DNA from: Eledone cirrhosa
Lineage: Eukaryota
DNA length: 64,000 bases
Direction: 5' to 3'
Assembly (NCBI GenBank): GCA_964016885.1
Contig: OZ024742.1
Location: forward strand, 358,236,001-358,300,000
Shown here: positions 1 through 15,000 of the stretch, piece by piece
How positions within the stretch are numbered: position 1 is the first letter of the stretch
Layout of the letters: each line of letters begins with the position of its first letter
The notes under the pieces: model-generated
Database searches by the model: none
The model's input: the letters and a program-made list of their open reading frames with translations, nothing else
Told to the model about the DNA's origin: nothing
Translations under genes and position numbers: made by a program

Positions 1-3000
1 AATGGTGCAAATGATACCATGATCTGACTTACCAGTCTTGACTTGCCTCTCTAACTATGGTATAATGTTGTAAATGATACCTTTAAAAGACTCAGCAGTC
101 TTGACTTGCCTCTCTAAATATTGTGTAATGTTGTAAATGATACCTTGATCTGATTCACCAGTCTTGAGTTGCCAGTCTAAATATTGTGTAATGCTGCAAA
201 TGATACCTTGATCTGACTCACCAGTCTTGACTTTGCTCTCTAAATATTGTGTAATGTTGTAAATTTTATCTTGATCTGACTCACCAGTCTTGACTTGCCT
301 CTCTAACTATTGTGTAATGTTGTAAATGATATCTTGATCTGACTCACCAGTCTTGACTTGCCTCTCTAACTATTGTGTAATGTTGTAAATGATACCTTTA
401 TCTGAGTCAGCAGTCTTGACTTGCCTCTCTAACTATTGTGTAATGCTGCAAATGATACCTTGATTTGACTCACCAGACTTGACTTGCCTCTCTAACTATG
501 ATGTAATTCTGCAAATTATACCTTGATCTAACTCACCACTCTTGTCTTGCCTCTCTAACTATTGTGTAATGTTGTAAATGATACCTTGATCTGACTCACC
601 AGTCTTGACTTGCCTCTCTAACTATTGTGTAATGTTGTAAATGATACCTTGATCTGACTCACCAGTCTTGACTTTCCTCTCTAACTATTGTGTAATGCTG
701 CAGATGATACCTTGATCTGACTCATCAGTCTTGTCTTGCCTCTCTAACTATTGTGTAATGCTGCAAATGATACCTTGATTTGACTCACCAGACTTGACTT
801 GCCTCTCTAACTATGGTGTAATGCTGCAAATTTTACCTCGATCTAACTCACCAGTCTTGTCTTGCCTCTCTAACTATTGTGTAATGTTGTAAATGATACC
901 TTGATCTGACTCACCAGTCTTGACTTGCCTCTCTAACTATGGTGTAATGCTGCAAATTTTACCTCGATCTAACTCACCAGTCTTGTCTTGCCTCTCTAAC
1001 TATTGTGTAATGCTGTAAATGATACCTTGATCCGACTCACCAGTCTTGACTTGCCTCGCTAACTATTGTGTAATGCTGCAAATGATACCATGATCTGACT
1101 TACCAGTCTCGACTTGCCTCTCTAACTATGGTGTAATGTTGTAAATGATACCTTGATCTGATTCACCAGTCTTGAGTTGCCAGTCTAAATATTGTGTAAT
1201 GCTGCAAATGATACCTTGATCTGACTCACCAGTCTTGACTTTGCTCTCTAACTATTGTGTAATGTTGTAAATGATATCTTGATCTGACCCACCAGTCTTG
1301 AATTTCCTCTCTAACTATTGTGTAATGCTGCAAATGATACCTTGATCTGACTCATCAGTCTTGTCTTGCCTCTCTAACTATGGTGTAATGCTGTAAATGA
1401 TACCTTGATCTGACTCACCGGTCTAGACTTGCCTCTCTAGCTATTGCGTGATGTTGTAAATGATAACTTGATCTGACCCACCAGTCTTGACTTGCCTCTC
1501 TAACTATTGTGTAATGCTGCAAATGATACCTTGATCTGACTCACCAGTCTTGACTTTGCTCTCTAACTATTGTGTAATGTTGTAAATGATATCTTGATCT
1601 GACCCACCAGTCTTGAATTTCCTCTCTAACTATTGTGTAATGCTGCAAATGATACCTTGATTTGACTCACCAGTCTTGATTTGCCTCTCGAAATATTGTG
1701 TAATGTTGTAATTGATACCTTGATCTGACCCACCAGTCTTGACTTGCCTCTCTAACTATTGTGTAATGCTGCAAATGATACCTTGATCTGACTCACCAGT
1801 CTTGTCTTGCCTCTCTAACTATTTTATTATGCTGCAAATGATACCTTTATCTGAGTCACCAGTCTTGACTTGCCTCTTTAACTATTGTGTAATGCTGTAA
1901 ATGATACCTTAATATGACTCACCAGTCATGACTTGCCTCTCTAACTATTGTGTAATGTTGTAAATTATACCTTGATCTGACTCACCAGTCTTGACTTGCC
2001 TCTCTAACTATGGTGTAATGTTGTAAATGTTACCTTTATCTGAGTCACCAGTCTTGTCTTGCCTCTCTAACTATTGTGTAATGCTGCAAATTATACCTTG
2101 ATCTGACTCACCAGTCTTGACTTGCCTCTCTAACTATGGTGTAATGTTGTAAATTATACCTTTATCTGACACAACAGTCTTGACTTGCCTCTCTAACTAT
2201 TGTGTAATGGTGCAAATGATACCATGATCTGATTAACCAGTCTTGAGTTGCCAGTCTAAATATTGTGTAATGCTGCAAATGATACCTTGATCTGACTCAC
2301 CAGTCTTGACTTGCCTCTGTAACTATTGTGTAACGTTGTAGATGATAACTTGATCTGACTCACCAGTCTTGACTTGCCTCTCTAACTATGGTGTAATGTT
2401 GTAAATTATACCTTTATCTGACTCAACAGTCTTGACTTGCCTCTCTAACTATTGTGTAATGTTGTAAATGATAACTTGATCTGACTCACCAGTCTTGACT
2501 TTCCTCTCTAACTATTGTGTAATGCTGCAAATGATACCTTGATCTGACTCATCAGTCTTGTCTTGCCTCTCTAACTATTGTGTAATGCTGCAAATGATAC
2601 CTTGACTTGACTCACCAGTCTTGACTTGCCTCTCGAAATATTGTGTAACGTTTTAAATTATACCTTGATCTGACTTACCAGTCTTGACTTGCCTCTCTAA
2701 CTATTGTGTAATGTTCTAAATGATATCTTGATCTGACTCACCAGTCTAGACTTGCCTCTCTAACTATTGTGTAATGTTGTAAATGATACCTTTATCTGAG
2801 TCACCAGTCTTGACTTGCCTCTCTAACTATTGTGTAATGCTGTAAATGATACCTTGATTTGACTCACCAGTCATGTCTTGCCTCTCTAACTATGGTGTAA
2901 TGTTGTAAATGATACCTTGATCTGACTAACCAGTCTTGACTTGCCTCTCTAACTATTGTGCAATGTTGTAAATGATACCTTGATCTGACTCACCAGTCTT

Positions 3001-6000
3001 GACTTTCCTCTCTAACTATTGTGTAATGCTGCAAATGATACCTTGATCTGACTCATCAGTCTTGTCTTGCCTCTCTAACTATTGTGTAATGCTGCAAATG
3101 ATACCTTGATTTGACTCACCAGACTTGACTTGCCTCTCTAACTATGGTGTAATGCTGCAAATTATACCTTGATCTAACTCACCAGTCTTGTCTTGCCTCT
3201 CTAACTATTGTGTAATGTTGTAAATGAAACCTTGATCTGACTCACCAGTCTTGACTTGCCTCTCTAACTATTGTGTAATGCTGCAAATGATAGCTTGATC
3301 TGACTCACCAGTCTTGACTTGCCTCTCTAACTATTTGTGTAATGCTGTAAATGATACCTTGATCTGACTCACCAGTCTTGACTTGCCTCTCTAACTATTG
3401 TGTAATGTTGTAAATGATACCTTGATCTGACTCACCAGACTTGACTTGCCTCTCTAACTATGGTGTAATGTTGTAAATGATACCTTTATCAGACTCAGCA
3501 GTCTTGACTTGCCTCTCTAAATATTGTGTAATGTTGTAAATGATACCTTGATCTGATTCACCAGTCTTGAGTTGCCAGTCTAAATATTGTGTAATGCTGC
3601 AAATGATACCTTGATCTGACTCACCAGTCTTGACTTTGCTCTCTAAATATTGTGTAATGCTGCAAATGATACCTTGATCTGACTCACCAGTCTTGTCTTG
3701 CCTCTCTAACTATTGTATTATGCTGCAAATGATACCTTTATCTGAGTCACCAGTCTTGACTTGCCTCTTTAACTATTGTGTAATGCTGTAAATGATACCT
3801 TAATATGACTCACCAGTCATGACTTGCCTCTCTAACTATTGTGTAATGTTGTAAATTATACCTTGATCTGACTCACCATCTTGACTTGCCTCTCTAACTA
3901 TTGTGTAATGTTGTAAATGATACCTTGATCTGACTCACCCGTCTTGACTTTCCTCTCTAACTATTGTGTAATGTTGTAAATGATACCTTAATCTGACTCA
4001 CCAGTCTTGACTTTCCTCTCTAACTATTGTGTAATGCTGCACATGATACCTTGATTTGACTCACCAGTCTTGTCTTGCCTCTCTAACTATTTGTGTAATG
4101 CTGTAAATGATACCTTGATCTGACTCACCAGTCTTGACTTGCCTCGCTAACTATTGTGTAATGCTGTAAATGATACCTTGATCTTAGTCACCAGTCTTGA
4201 CTTGCCTCTCTAACTATTGTGTAATGTTGTAAATGATACCTTAATCTGACTCCCCGGTCTTGACTTTCCTCTCTAACTATTGTGTAATGTTGTAAATGAT
4301 ACCTTGATCTGACTCACCAGTCTTGACTTGCCTCTCTAACTATTGTGTAATGTTGTAAATGATACCTTGATCTGACTCACCAGTCTTGTCTTGCCTCTCT
4401 AACTATTGTGTAATGCTGCAAATGATACCTTGATCTGACTCATCAGTCTTGTCTTGCCTCTCTAACTATTGTGTAATGCTGCAAATGATAACTTGATTTG
4501 ACTCACCAGTCTTGACTTGCCTCTCGAACTATTGTGTAATGTTGTAAATGATACCTTAATCTGACTCACCAGTCTTGACTTTCCTCTCAAACTATTGTGT
4601 AATGTTGTAAATGATACCTTGATCTGACTCACCAGTCTTGTCTTGCCTCTCTAACTATTGTATTATGCTGCAAATGATACCTTTATCTGACCCACCAGTC
4701 TTGACCTGCCTCTCTAACTATTGTGTAATGCTATAAATGAAACCTGGATCTGACTCACCGGTCTAGATTTGCCTCTATAGCTATTGCGTGATGTTGTAAA
4801 TGATAACTTGATCTGACTCACCAGTCTTGACTTGCCTCTGTAACTATTGTGTAATGTTGTAAATGATACCTTGATCTGACTCACCAGTCATGACTTGCCT
4901 CTCTACCTATTGTGTTATGTTGTAAATGATACCTTGATCTGACTCACCAGTCTTGACTTTCCTCTCTAACTATTGTGTAATGTTGTGAATGATACCTTAA
5001 TCTGACTCACCAGTCTTGACTTTCCTCTCTAACTATTGTGTAATGCTGCAAATGATACCTTGATCTGACTCATCAGTCTTGTCTTGCCTCTCTAACTATT
5101 GTGTAATGCTGCAAATGATACCTTGATTTGACTCACCAGTCTTGACTTGCCTCTCGAACTATTGTGTAATGTTGTAAATTATACCTTGATCTGACTCACC
5201 AGTCTTGTCTTGCCTCTCTATCTATTGCGTGATGTTGTAAATGATAACTTGATCTGACTCACCAGTCTTGACTTCCCTCTGTAACTATTGTGTAATGTTG
5301 TAAATGATACCTTGATCTGACTCACCAGTCTTGACTTGCCTCTCTAACTATTGTGTAATGCTGTAAATGATAACTTGATCTGACTCACCGGTCTAGACTT
5401 GCCTCTCTAGCTATGGTGTAATGTTGTAAATGATACCTTGATCTGACTCACCAGTCTTGACTTGCCTCTCTAACTATTGTGTAATGTTGTAAATGATACC
5501 TTGATCTGACTCACCAGTCTTGATTTGCCTCTCGAAATATTGTGTAATGTTGTGAATGATACCTTAATCTGACTCACCAGTCTTGACTTTCCTCTCTAAC
5601 TATTGTGTAATGCTGCAAATGATACCTTGATTTGACTCACCAGTCTTGACTTGCCTCTCGAACTATTGTGTAATGTTGTAAATTATACCTTGATCTGACT
5701 CACCAGTCTTGACTTGCCTCTCTAACTATTGTGTAATGTTGTAAATTATACCTTGATCTGACTCACCAGCCTTGACTTGCCTCTCTATCTATTGTGTAAT
5801 GCTGCAAATGATACCTTGATCTGACTCATCAGTCTAGTCTTGCCTCTCTAACTATTGTGTAATGCTGCAAATGATACCTTGATTTGACTCACCAGACTTG
5901 ACTTGCCTCTCTAACTATGGTGTAATGCTGCAAATTATACCTTGATCTAACTCACCAGTCTTGTCTTGCCTCTCTAACTATTGTGTAATGTTGTAAATGA

Positions 6001-9000
6001 TACATTGATCTGACTCACCAGTCTTGATTTGCCTCTCGAAATATTGTGTAATGCTGCAAATGATACCTTGATCTGACTCACCGGTCTAGACTTGCCTCTC
6101 TAGCTATGGTGTAATGTTGTAAATGATACCTTGATCTGACTCATCAGTCTTGTCTTGCCTCTCTAACTATTTGTGTAATGCTGTAAATGATACCTTGATC
6201 TGACTCACCGGTCTAGACTTGCCTCTCTAGCTATTGCGTGATGTTGTAAATGATAACTTGATCTGACTCACCAGTCTTGACTTGCCTCTCGAACTATTGT
6301 GTAATGTTGTAAATGATACCTTAATCTGACTCACCAGTCTTGACTTTCCTCTCAAACTATTGTGTAATGCTGTAAATGATACCTTGATCTGACTCACCAG
6401 TCTTGACTTGCCTCTCAAACTATTGTGTAATGTTGTAAATGATACCTTGATCTAACTCACCAGTCTTGTCTTGCCTCTCTAACTATTGTGTAATGTTGTA
6501 AATGATACCTTGATCTGACTCACCAGTCTTGATTTGCCTCTCGAAATATTGTGTAATGTTGTAAATGATACCTTGATCTGACTCACCAGTCTTGACTTGC
6601 CTCTCTAACTATTGTGTAATGCTATAAATGAAACCTTGATCTGACTCACCGGTCTTGACTTGCCTCTCTAACTATTGTATTATGCTGCAAATGATACATT
6701 TATCTGACCCACCAGTCTTGACCTGCCTCTCTAACTATTGTGTAATGCTGTAAATGATATCTTGATCTGACTCACCGGTCTAGACTTGACTCTCTAGCTA
6801 TTGCGTGATGTTGTAACTGATAACTTGATCTGACCCACCAGTCTTGACTTGTCTCTCTAACTATTGTGTAATGCTGTAAATGATACCTTGATCTAACTCA
6901 CCGGTCTAGACTTGCCTCTCTAGCTATTGGGTGATGTTGTAAATGATAACTTGATCTGACCCACCAGTCTTGACTTGCCTCTCTAACTATTGTGTAATGC
7001 TGCAAATGATACCTTGATCTGACTCACCAGTCTTGTCTTGCCTCTCTAACTATTGTATTATGCTGCAAATGATACCTGTATCTGAGTCACCAGTCTTGAC
7101 TTGCCTCTCTAACTATTGTGTAATGCTGCAAATGATACCTTGATCTGACTCATCAGTCTTGTCTTGCCTCTCTAACTATTTGTGTAATGCTGTAAATGAT
7201 ATCTTGATCTGACTCACCGGTCTAGACTTGACTCTCTAGCTATTGCGTGATGTTGTAAATGATACCTTGATCTGACTCACCAGTCTTGACTTGCCTCTCT
7301 AACTATTGTGTAATGCTGTAAATGATATCTTGATCTGACTCATCAGTCTTGTCTTGCCTCTCTAACTATTGTGTAATGCTGTAAATGATATCTTGATCTG
7401 ACTCACCGGTCTAGACTTGACTCTCTAGCTATTGCGTGATGTTATAAATGATAACTTGATCTGACCCACCAGTCTTGACTTGCCTCACTAACTATTGTGT
7501 AATGCTGCAAATGATACATTAATATGACTCACCAGTCATGACTTGCCTCTCTACCTATGGTGTAATGTTGTAAATGATACCTTGATCTGACTCACCAGTC
7601 TTGACTTGCCTCTCTAACTATTGTGTAATGTTGTAAATGATACCTTGATCTGACTCACCAGTCTTGACTTTCCTCTCTAACTATTGTGTAATGTTGTGAA
7701 TGATACCTTAATCTGACTCACCAGTCTTGACTTTCCTCTCTAACTATTGTGTAATGCTGCAAATGATACCTTGATTTGACACACCAGTCTTGACTTGCCT
7801 CTCAAACTATTGTGTAATGTTGTAAATTATACCTTGATCTGACTCACCAGTCTTGACTTGCCTCTCTAACTATTGTGTAATGTTGTAAATGATATCTTGA
7901 TCTGACTCACCAGTCTTGACTTGACTCTCTAACTATTGTGTAATGCTGCAAATGATACCTTGATCTAACTCACCAGTCTTGTCTTGCCTCTCTAACTATT
8001 GTGTAATGTTGTAAATGATACCTTGATCTGACTCACCAGTCTTGATTTGCCTCTCGAAATATTGTGTAATGTTGTAAATGATACCTTGATCTGACCCACC
8101 AGTCTTGACTTGCCTTTCTAACTATTGTGTAATGCTGCAAATGATACCTTGATCTCACTCACCAGTCTTGTCTTGCCTCTCTAACTATTGTATTATGCTG
8201 CAAATGATACCTTTATCTGAGTCACCAGTCTTGACTTGCCTCGCTAACTATTGTGTAATGCTGTAAATGATACCTTGATCTGACTCACCAGTCTTGACTT
8301 GCCTCTCTAACTATTGTGTAATGTTGTAAATGATACCTTAATCTGACTCCCCGGTCTTGACTTTCCTCTCTAACTATTGTGTAATGTTGTAAATGATACC
8401 TTGATCTGACTCACCAGTCTTGACTTGCCTCTCTAACTATTGTGTAATGTTGTAAATGATACCTTGATCTGACTCACCAGTCTTGTCTTGCCTCTCTAAC
8501 TATTGTGTAATGCTGCAAATGATACCTTGATCTGACTCATCAGTCTTGTCTTGCCTCTCTAACTATTGTGTAATGCTGCAAATGATAACTTGATTTGACT
8601 CACCAGTCTGGACTTGCCTCTCTAACTATGGTGTAATGTTGTAAATGAAACCTTGATCTGACTCACCGGTCTAGACTGGCCTCTCTAGCTATTGCGTGAT
8701 GTTGTAAATGATACCTTGATCTGACTCACCAGTCTTGACTTGCCTCTCTAACTATTGTGTAATGCTGTAAATGATACCTTGATCTAACTCACCGGTCTAG
8801 ACTTGCCTCTCTAGCTATTGGGTGATGTTGTAAATGATAACTTGATCTGACCCACCAGTCTTGATTTGCCTCTCTAACTATTGTGTAATGCTGCAAATGA
8901 TACCTTGATCTGACTCACCAGTCTTGTCTTGCCTCTCTAACTATTGTATTATGCTGCAAATGATACCTGTATCTGAGTCACCAGTCTTGATTTGCCTCTC

Positions 9001-12000
9001 TAACTATTGTGTAATGCTGCAAATGATACCTTGATCTGACTCATCAGTCTTATCTTGCCTCTCTAACTATTTGTGTAATGCTGTAAATGATATCTTGATC
9101 TGACTCACCGGTCTAGACTTGACTCTCTAGCTATTGCGTGATGTTGTAAATGATACCTTGATCTGACTCACCAGTCTTGACTTGCCTCTCTAACTATTGT
9201 GTAATGCTGTAAATGATATCTTGATCTGACTCATCAGTCTTGTCTTGCCTCTCTAACTATTGTGTAATGCTGTAAATGATATCTTGATCTGACTCACCGG
9301 TCTAGACTTGACTCTCTAGCTATTGCGTGATGTTGTAAATGATAACTTGATCTGACCCACCAGTCTTGACTTGCCTCACTAACTATTGTGTAATGCTGCA
9401 AATGATACATTAATATGACTCACCAGTCATGACTTGCCTCTCTACCTATGGTGTAATGTTGTAAATGATACCTTGATCTGACTCACCAGTCTTGACTTGC
9501 CTCTCTAACTATTGTGTAATGTTGTAAATGATACCTTGATCTGACTCACCAGTCTTGACTTTCCTCTCTAACTATTGTGTAATGTTGTGAATGATACCTT
9601 AATCTGACTCACCAGTCTTGACTTTCCTCTCTAACTATTGTGTAATGCTGCAAATGATACCTTGATTTGACTCACCAGTCTTGACTTGCCTCTCAAACTA
9701 TTGTGTAATGTTGTAAATTATACCTTGATCTGACTCACCAGTCTTGACTTGCCTCTCTAACTATTGTGTAATGTTGTAAATGATATCTTGATCTGACTCA
9801 CCAGTCTTGACTTGACTCTCTAACTATTGTGTAATGCTGCAAATGATACCTTGATCTAACTCACCAGACTTGTCTTGCCTCTCTAACTATTGTGTAATGT
9901 TGTAAATGATACCTTGATCTGACTCACCAGTCTTGATTTGCCTCTCGAAATATTGTGTAATGTTGTAAATGATACCTTGATCTGACCCACCAGTCTTGAC
10001 TTGCCTCTCTAACTATTGTGTAATGCTGCAAATGATACCTTGATCTGACTCACCAGTCTTGTCTTGCCTCTCTAACTATTGTATTATGCTGCAAATGATA
10101 CCTTTATCTGAGTCACCAGTCTTGACTTGCCTCGCTAACTATTGTGTAATGCTGTAAATGATACCTTGATCTGACTCACCAGTCTTGACTTGCCTCTCTA
10201 ACTATTGTGTAATGTTGTAAATGATACCTTAATCTGACTCCCCGGTCTTGACTTTCCTCTCTAACTATTGTGTAATGTTGTAAATGATACCTTGATCTGA
10301 CTCACCAGTCTTGACTTGCCTCTCTAACTATTGTGTAATGTTGTAAATGATACCTTGATCTGACTCACCAGTCTTGTCTTGCCTCTCTAACTATTGTGTA
10401 ATGCTGCAAATGATACCTTGATCTGACTCATCAGTCTTGTCTTGCCTCTCTAACTATTGTGTAATGCTGCAAATGATAACTTGATTTGACTCACCAGTCT
10501 GGACTTGCCTCTCTAACTATGGTGTAATGTTGTAAATGAAACCTTGATCTGACTCACCGGTCTAGACTTGCCTCTCTAGCTATTGCGTGATGTTGTAAAT
10601 GATACCTTGATCTGACTCACCAGTCTTGACTTGCCTCTCTAACTATTGTGTAATGCTGTAAATGATAACTTGATCTAACTCACCGGTCTAGACTTGCCTC
10701 TCTAGCTATTGGGTGATGTTGTAAATGATAACTTGATCTGACCCACCAGTCTTGACTTGCCTCTCTAACTATTGTGTAATGCTGCAAATGATACCTTGAT
10801 CTGACTCACCAGTCTTGTCTTGCCTCTCTAACTATTGTATTATGCTGCAAATGATACCTGTATCTGAGTCACCAGTCTTGACTTGCCTCTCTAACTATTG
10901 TGTAATGCTGCAAATGATACCTTAATATGACTCACCAGTCATGACTTGCCTCTCTACCTATGGTGTAATGTTGTAAATGATACCTTGATCTGACTCACCA
11001 GTCTTGACTTTCCTCTCTAACTATTGTGTAATGTTGTGAATGATACCTTAATCTGACTCACCAGTCTTGACTTTCCTCTCTAACTATTGTGTAATGCTGC
11101 AAATGATACCTTGATCTGACTCATCAGTCTTGTCTTGCCTCTCTAACTATTGTGTAATGCTGCAAATGATACCTTGATTTGACTCACCAGTCTTGACTTG
11201 CCTCTCGAACTATTGTGTAATGTTGTAAATTATACCTTGATCTGACTCACCAGTCGTGACTTGCCTCTCTAACTATTGTGTAATGTTGTAAATGATATCT
11301 TGATCTGACTCACCAGTCTTAACTTGACTCTCTAACTATTGTGTAATGCTGCAAATGATACCTTGATCTGACTCATCAGTCATGTCCTGCCTCTCTAACT
11401 ATTGTGTAATGCTGCAAATGATACCTTGATTTGACTCACCAGTCTTGATTTGCCTCTCGAAATATTGTGTAATGTTGTAAATGATACCTTGATCTGACTC
11501 ACCAGTCTTGACTTGCCTCTCTAACTATTGTGTAATGTTGTAAATGATACCTTGATCTGACTCACCAGTCTTGTCTTGCCTCTCTAACTATTTGTGTAAT
11601 GCTGTAAATGATACCTTGATCTGACTCACCGGTCTAGACTTGCCTCTCTAACTATTGTGTAATGTTGTGAATGATACCTTTATCTGACTCACCAGTCTTG
11701 ACTTTCCTCTCTAACTATTGTGTAATGTTGTGAATGATACCTTGATCTGACTCACCAGTCTTGACTTGCCTCTCTAACTATTGTGTAATGTTGTAAATGA
11801 TACAATGATCTGACTCACCAGTCTTGACTTTCCTCTCTAACTATTGTGTAATGTTGTGAATGATACCTTGATCTGACTCACCAGTCTTGACTTGCCTCTC
11901 TAACTATTGTGTAATGTTGTAAATGATACCTTGATCTGACTCACCAGTCTTGACTTTCCTCTCTAACTATTGTGTAATGCTGCAAATGATACCTTGATCT

Positions 12001-15000
12001 GACTCATCAGTCTTGTCTTGCCTCTCTAACTATTGTGTAATGCTGCAAATGATACCTTGATTTGACTCACGAGTCTTGACTTGCCTCTCGAACTATTGTG
12101 TAATGTTGTAAATTATACCTTGATCTGACTCACCAGTCTTGACTTGCCTCTCTAACTATTGTGTAATGTTTTAAATGATATCTTGATCTGACTCACCAGT
12201 CTTGACTTGACTCTCTAACTATTGTGTAATGCTGCAAATGATACCTTGATCTGACTCATCAGTCTTGTCTTGCCTCTCTAACTATTGTGTAATGCTGCAA
12301 ATGATACCTTGATCTAACTCACCACTCTTGTCTTGCCTCTCTAACTATTGTGTAATGTTGTAAATGATACCTTGATCTGACTCACCAATCTTGATTTGCC
12401 TCTCGAAATATTGTGTAATCTTGTAAATGATACCTTGATCTGACCCACCAGTCTTGACTTGCCTCTCTAACTATTGTGTAATGCTGCAAATGATACCTTG
12501 ATCTGACTCACCAGTCTTGTCTTGCCTCTCTAACTATTGTATTAGGCTGCAAATGATACCTTTATCTGAGTCACCAGTCTTGACTTGCCTCTCTAACTAT
12601 TGTGTAATGCTGTAAATGATACCTTAATATGACTCACGAGTCATGACTTGCCTCTCTAACTATGGTGTAATGCTGCAAATTATACCTTGATCTGACTCAC
12701 CAGTCTTGACTTGACTCTCTAACTATTGTGTAATGTTGTAAATGATACCTTGATCTGACTCACCAGTCTTGACTTGCCTCTCTAGCTATTGCGTGATGTT
12801 GTAAATGATAACTTGATCTGACTCACCAGTCTTGACTTGCCTCTCTAACTATTGTGTAATGTTGTAAATGATACCTTGATCTGACTGGCAAGTGTTGACT
12901 TGCCTCTCTAACTATTGTGGAATGCTGAAAATGATACCTTCATCTGACTCACCAGTCTTGACTTGCCTCTCTAACTATTGTGTAATGTTGTAAATGATAC
13001 CTTGATCTGACTGGCAAGTGTTGACTTGCCTCTCTAACTATTGTGGAATGCTGAAAATGATACCTTCATCTGACTCACCAGTCTTGACTTGCCTCTCTAA
13101 CTATTGTGTAATGCTGCAAATGATACCTTGATCTGACTCACCAGTCTTGACTTGCCTCTCTAACTATTTGTGTAATGCTGTAAATGATACCTTGATCTGA
13201 CTCACCAGTCTTGACTTGCCTCTCTAACTATTGTGTAATGTTGTAAATGATACCTTGATCTGACTCACCAGTCTTGACTTGCCTCTCTAACTATTGTGTA
13301 ATGTTGTAAATGATATCTTGATCTGACTCACCAGTCTTGACTTGCCTCTCTAACTATTGTGTAATGCTGCAAATGATACCATGATCTGACTTACCAGTCT
13401 TGACTTGCCTCTCTAACTATGGTGTAATGTTGTAAATGATATCTTGATCTGACTCACCAGTCTTGACTTGCCTCTCTAACTATTGTGTAATGCTGCAAAT
13501 GATACCATGATCTGACTTACCAGTCTTGACTTGCCTCTCTAACTATGGTGTAATGTTGTAAATTATACCTTTATCTGACTCAACAGTCTTGACTTGCCTC
13601 TCTAACTATTGTGTAATGTTGGAAAAGATACCTTGATCTGACATATCATTTTTGTCTTGTCTCTCTAACTATTGTGTAATGCTACAAATGATACCTTGAT
13701 TTGACTCACCAGTCTTGATTTGCCTCTCTAACTATTGTGTAATGCTGTAAATGATACCTTGATCTGACTCACCAGTCTTGACTTGCCTCTCTAACTATTG
13801 TGTAATGATGTAAATGATACCTTGATCTGACTCACCAGTCATGTCTTGCCTCTCTAACTATTGTGTAATGCTGCAAATGATACCATGATCTGACTCACCA
13901 GTCATGTCTTGCCTCTCTAACTATTGTGTAATGCTGCAAATGATACCTTGATCTGACTCACCAGTCTTGAGTTGCCAGTCTAAATATTGTGTAATGCTGC
14001 AAATGATACCTTGATCTGACTCACCAGTCTTGAATTTGCTCTCCAACTAATGTGTAATGTTGTAAATGATACCTTGATCTGACCCACCAGTCTTGACATT
14101 CCTCTCTAACTATTGTGTAATGCTGCAAATGATACCTTGATCTGACATATCAGTCTTGTCTTGCCTCTGTAACTATTGTGTAATGCTGCAAATGATACCT
14201 TGATTTGACTAACCAGTCTTGACTTGCCTCTCGAACTATTGTGTAATGTTGTAAATGATACCTTGATCTGACTCACCAGTCTTGACTTGCCTCTCTAACT
14301 ATTGTGTAATGTTGTAAATGATATCTTGATCTGACTCAACAGTCTTGACTTGCCTCGCTAACTATTGTGTAATGCTGCAAATGATACCATGATCTGACTT
14401 ACCAGTCTTGACTTGCCTCTCTAACTATTGTGTAATGTTGTAAATGATATCTTGATCTGACTAAACAGTCTTGACATTCCTCTCTAACTATTGTGTAATG
14501 CTGTAAATGATACCTTAATATGACTCACCAGTCATGACTTGCTTCTCTAACTATGGTGTAATGTTGTAAATGATACCTTGATCTGACTCACCAGTTTTGA
14601 CTTGCCTCTCTAACTATTGTGTAATGCTGCAAATGATACCTTGATCTGACTCACCAGTCTTGACTTGCATCTCTAACTATTTGTGTAATGCTGTAAATGA
14701 TACCTTGATCTGACTCACCAGTCTTGACTTGCCTCTCTAACTATTGTGTAATGTTGTAAATGATATCTTGATCTGACTCACCAGTCTTGACTTGCCTCTT
14801 TATCTATTGTGTAATATTGTAAATGATAACTTAATATGACTCATCAGTCTTGACTTGCCTCTCTAACTATTGTGTAACGTTGTAAATGATACCTTGATCT
14901 GAATCACCAGTCTTGACTTGCCTCTCTAACTATTGTGTAATGCTGCAAATGATACCATGATCTGACTCACCAGTCTTGACTTGCCTCTCTAACTATTTGT